From Wallemia ichthyophaga EXF-994 (taxonomy: Eukaryota > Fungi > Basidiomycota): DNA of 32,000 nt. The translations under genes and the position numbers were made by a program. Shown piece by piece: positions 30,858 through 32,000 of this stretch. The stretch's first letter is position 1. Every line of letters begins with the position of its first letter. The stretch spans positions 90,001-122,000 of the forward strand of contig NW_008806283.1 of assembly GCF_000400465.1 (NCBI RefSeq), written 5' to 3'. Under the pieces are notes generated by a model that saw nothing but the letters and a program-made list of their open reading frames with translations, was not told where the DNA came from and did no database searches.

Positions 30858-32000
30858 ATGGTCCTCCTTAAAACAGCAACAACGCTGCTCGCTGCAACAG
30901 CCGCTTACGCTTGGAACCACACGGCATCTGATGTTATCGCCACAGGAAGTTAGTCCCGCTTCTGTACCACTTGTGACACATCCTTACATGTCAAACAGCA
31001 ATGGGTACCACCAACCCTCCAGAGGCAACGATGGGCACAGAACTTAACCAAACCTCGGTAGCCCGTCTTGTCTCCATTAACTCCATCGACGATTTCTGTT
31101 TCTTCGGTCCAAAAGAGGCAAATGTAACCATCGGTGACACTGAAGGTGAACAAGTCGCCTGGTGTACTAAGCCACGTAACAACGCACGTGTTATCCCAGA
31201 TGGCACTATTACCTCTACGCACTTTGTTAAGACCCCCGCTTACGTCCAAGTTTCTGGGTGAGTTGTGGTGTCTCGGTAAGTAATTTTGCTAAAACAACTT
31301 AGTTTCGGTGATTTGACAAAGATCGGTGTTAAAGACGGTGACTACGGTGGTGAGCTTGACCCACACGGTGCTACTGGCGATGGTAACCCAGTTGGTGGTA
31401 ACGTTACTTCGGACATTGTCAACGGTACCTCTACTTCTTACGCTGAGTGGATGGAATTCATCTCATACGAGCAATTCTGTATCAGAATTTGTACAGCAAG
31501 CAACGACACTTGGGGTGCTCCAGTCATGTGCGAGCACAAATTAGATGAAATGGGTTGCGGTTTCGTTATGCCAGATGCAGGTGACAGTGATGTCTTTGAG
31601 ACCTGTGATGCTGACGTTGCTTACCCACCTGGTGTTTACCCTATAGATGGCTCTTACTCCACTTTCGCTCAAAGATACACTGGTAGCTACTCCTCAGGTA
31701 CCACTGGTGCCATGGTCGGATACACTGTCGGTGTTACTGACACTCCAACCGCCGCACAAATGACCCCATCCTCATCCAACTGTGTCACTCAATCATCCCT
31801 TGCTGGCAACAACGTCGATGTCTCAGCTACTGGCGTCATTGAAGATAACAGAGACGACGATTCGGACTCAAACAGTGACCCTGACAGCAATAAATCCGAC
31901 AAAAGCAACCCTGACGGCAACGATGGTGGCTCCACCGGCAGCGGCCAAACCAGCGCCAACGCTGGCGACGGCGATTCTAGCGCTACCACCTTCACTGGTT
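30858..32000 (+). CDS. Secreted, probably GPI-anchored mannoprotein of the Cryptococcus MP88 / macrophage-activating glycoprotein family; 3'-truncated; introns 30949-30998 and 31258-31302
   Basis: Signal peptide MVLLKTATTLLAATAAYA; SINSIDDFCFFGP, VAWCTKPRNNARVIPDG, GGELDPHGA, EWMEFI, CEHKLDEMGC and CDADVAYPPG; Ser/Thr/Asp-rich stalk. Confidence 0.85.

Noticed and set aside
1-32000. Mobile elements, CRISPR arrays, rRNA, snRNA or snoRNA genes
   Set aside because: No transposase or RT motifs, terminal repeats, spacer arrays or recognisable ncRNA boxes other than the tRNA; an Rfam scan would be needed to exclude small ncRNAs.

Overview
Eukaryotic, fungal DNA from an extremely compact basidiomycete genome. 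Evidence: short GT-AG introns (mostly 39-58 nt), intergenic gaps as small as 33-130 bp, and an MP88-type mannoprotein gene. A Wallemia-like organism is my inference, not proven. I reconstruct about 21 protein-coding genes, many spliced and therefore fragmented or missed in the ORF track. In order: RRG8-like (5'-truncated), WBP2/GRAM-like, MIC12-like, ADE2, SRP14, stand-alone vWA protein, AcuM/RDS2-type Zn2Cys6 factor, MARVEL protein, RRP5, F-box/LRR protein, low-complexity orphan, USP, Myb-domain protein, SEC27 (beta'-COP), MFS transporter, Xaa-Pro aminopeptidase, Nudix CoA pyrophosphatase, SDR, PGA1-like, NDUFAF4-like, and MP88-like (3'-truncated). There is also an intron-containing tRNA-Gln(UUG). 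I see no transposon, CRISPR array or rRNA. The best candidates for something new are three: (1) a same-strand, 20-nt-overlapping pair, PGA1-like (GPI mannosyltransferase II subunit) and a myristoylation-motif NDUFAF4-like protein, which recalls the human PYURF-PIGY bicistron; (2) a naturally shortened Rrp5 (1117 aa, about 6 S1 repeats); (3) minimal symmetric bidirectional promoters of 55-130 bp. All family assignments are from motif recall; no database searches were run.
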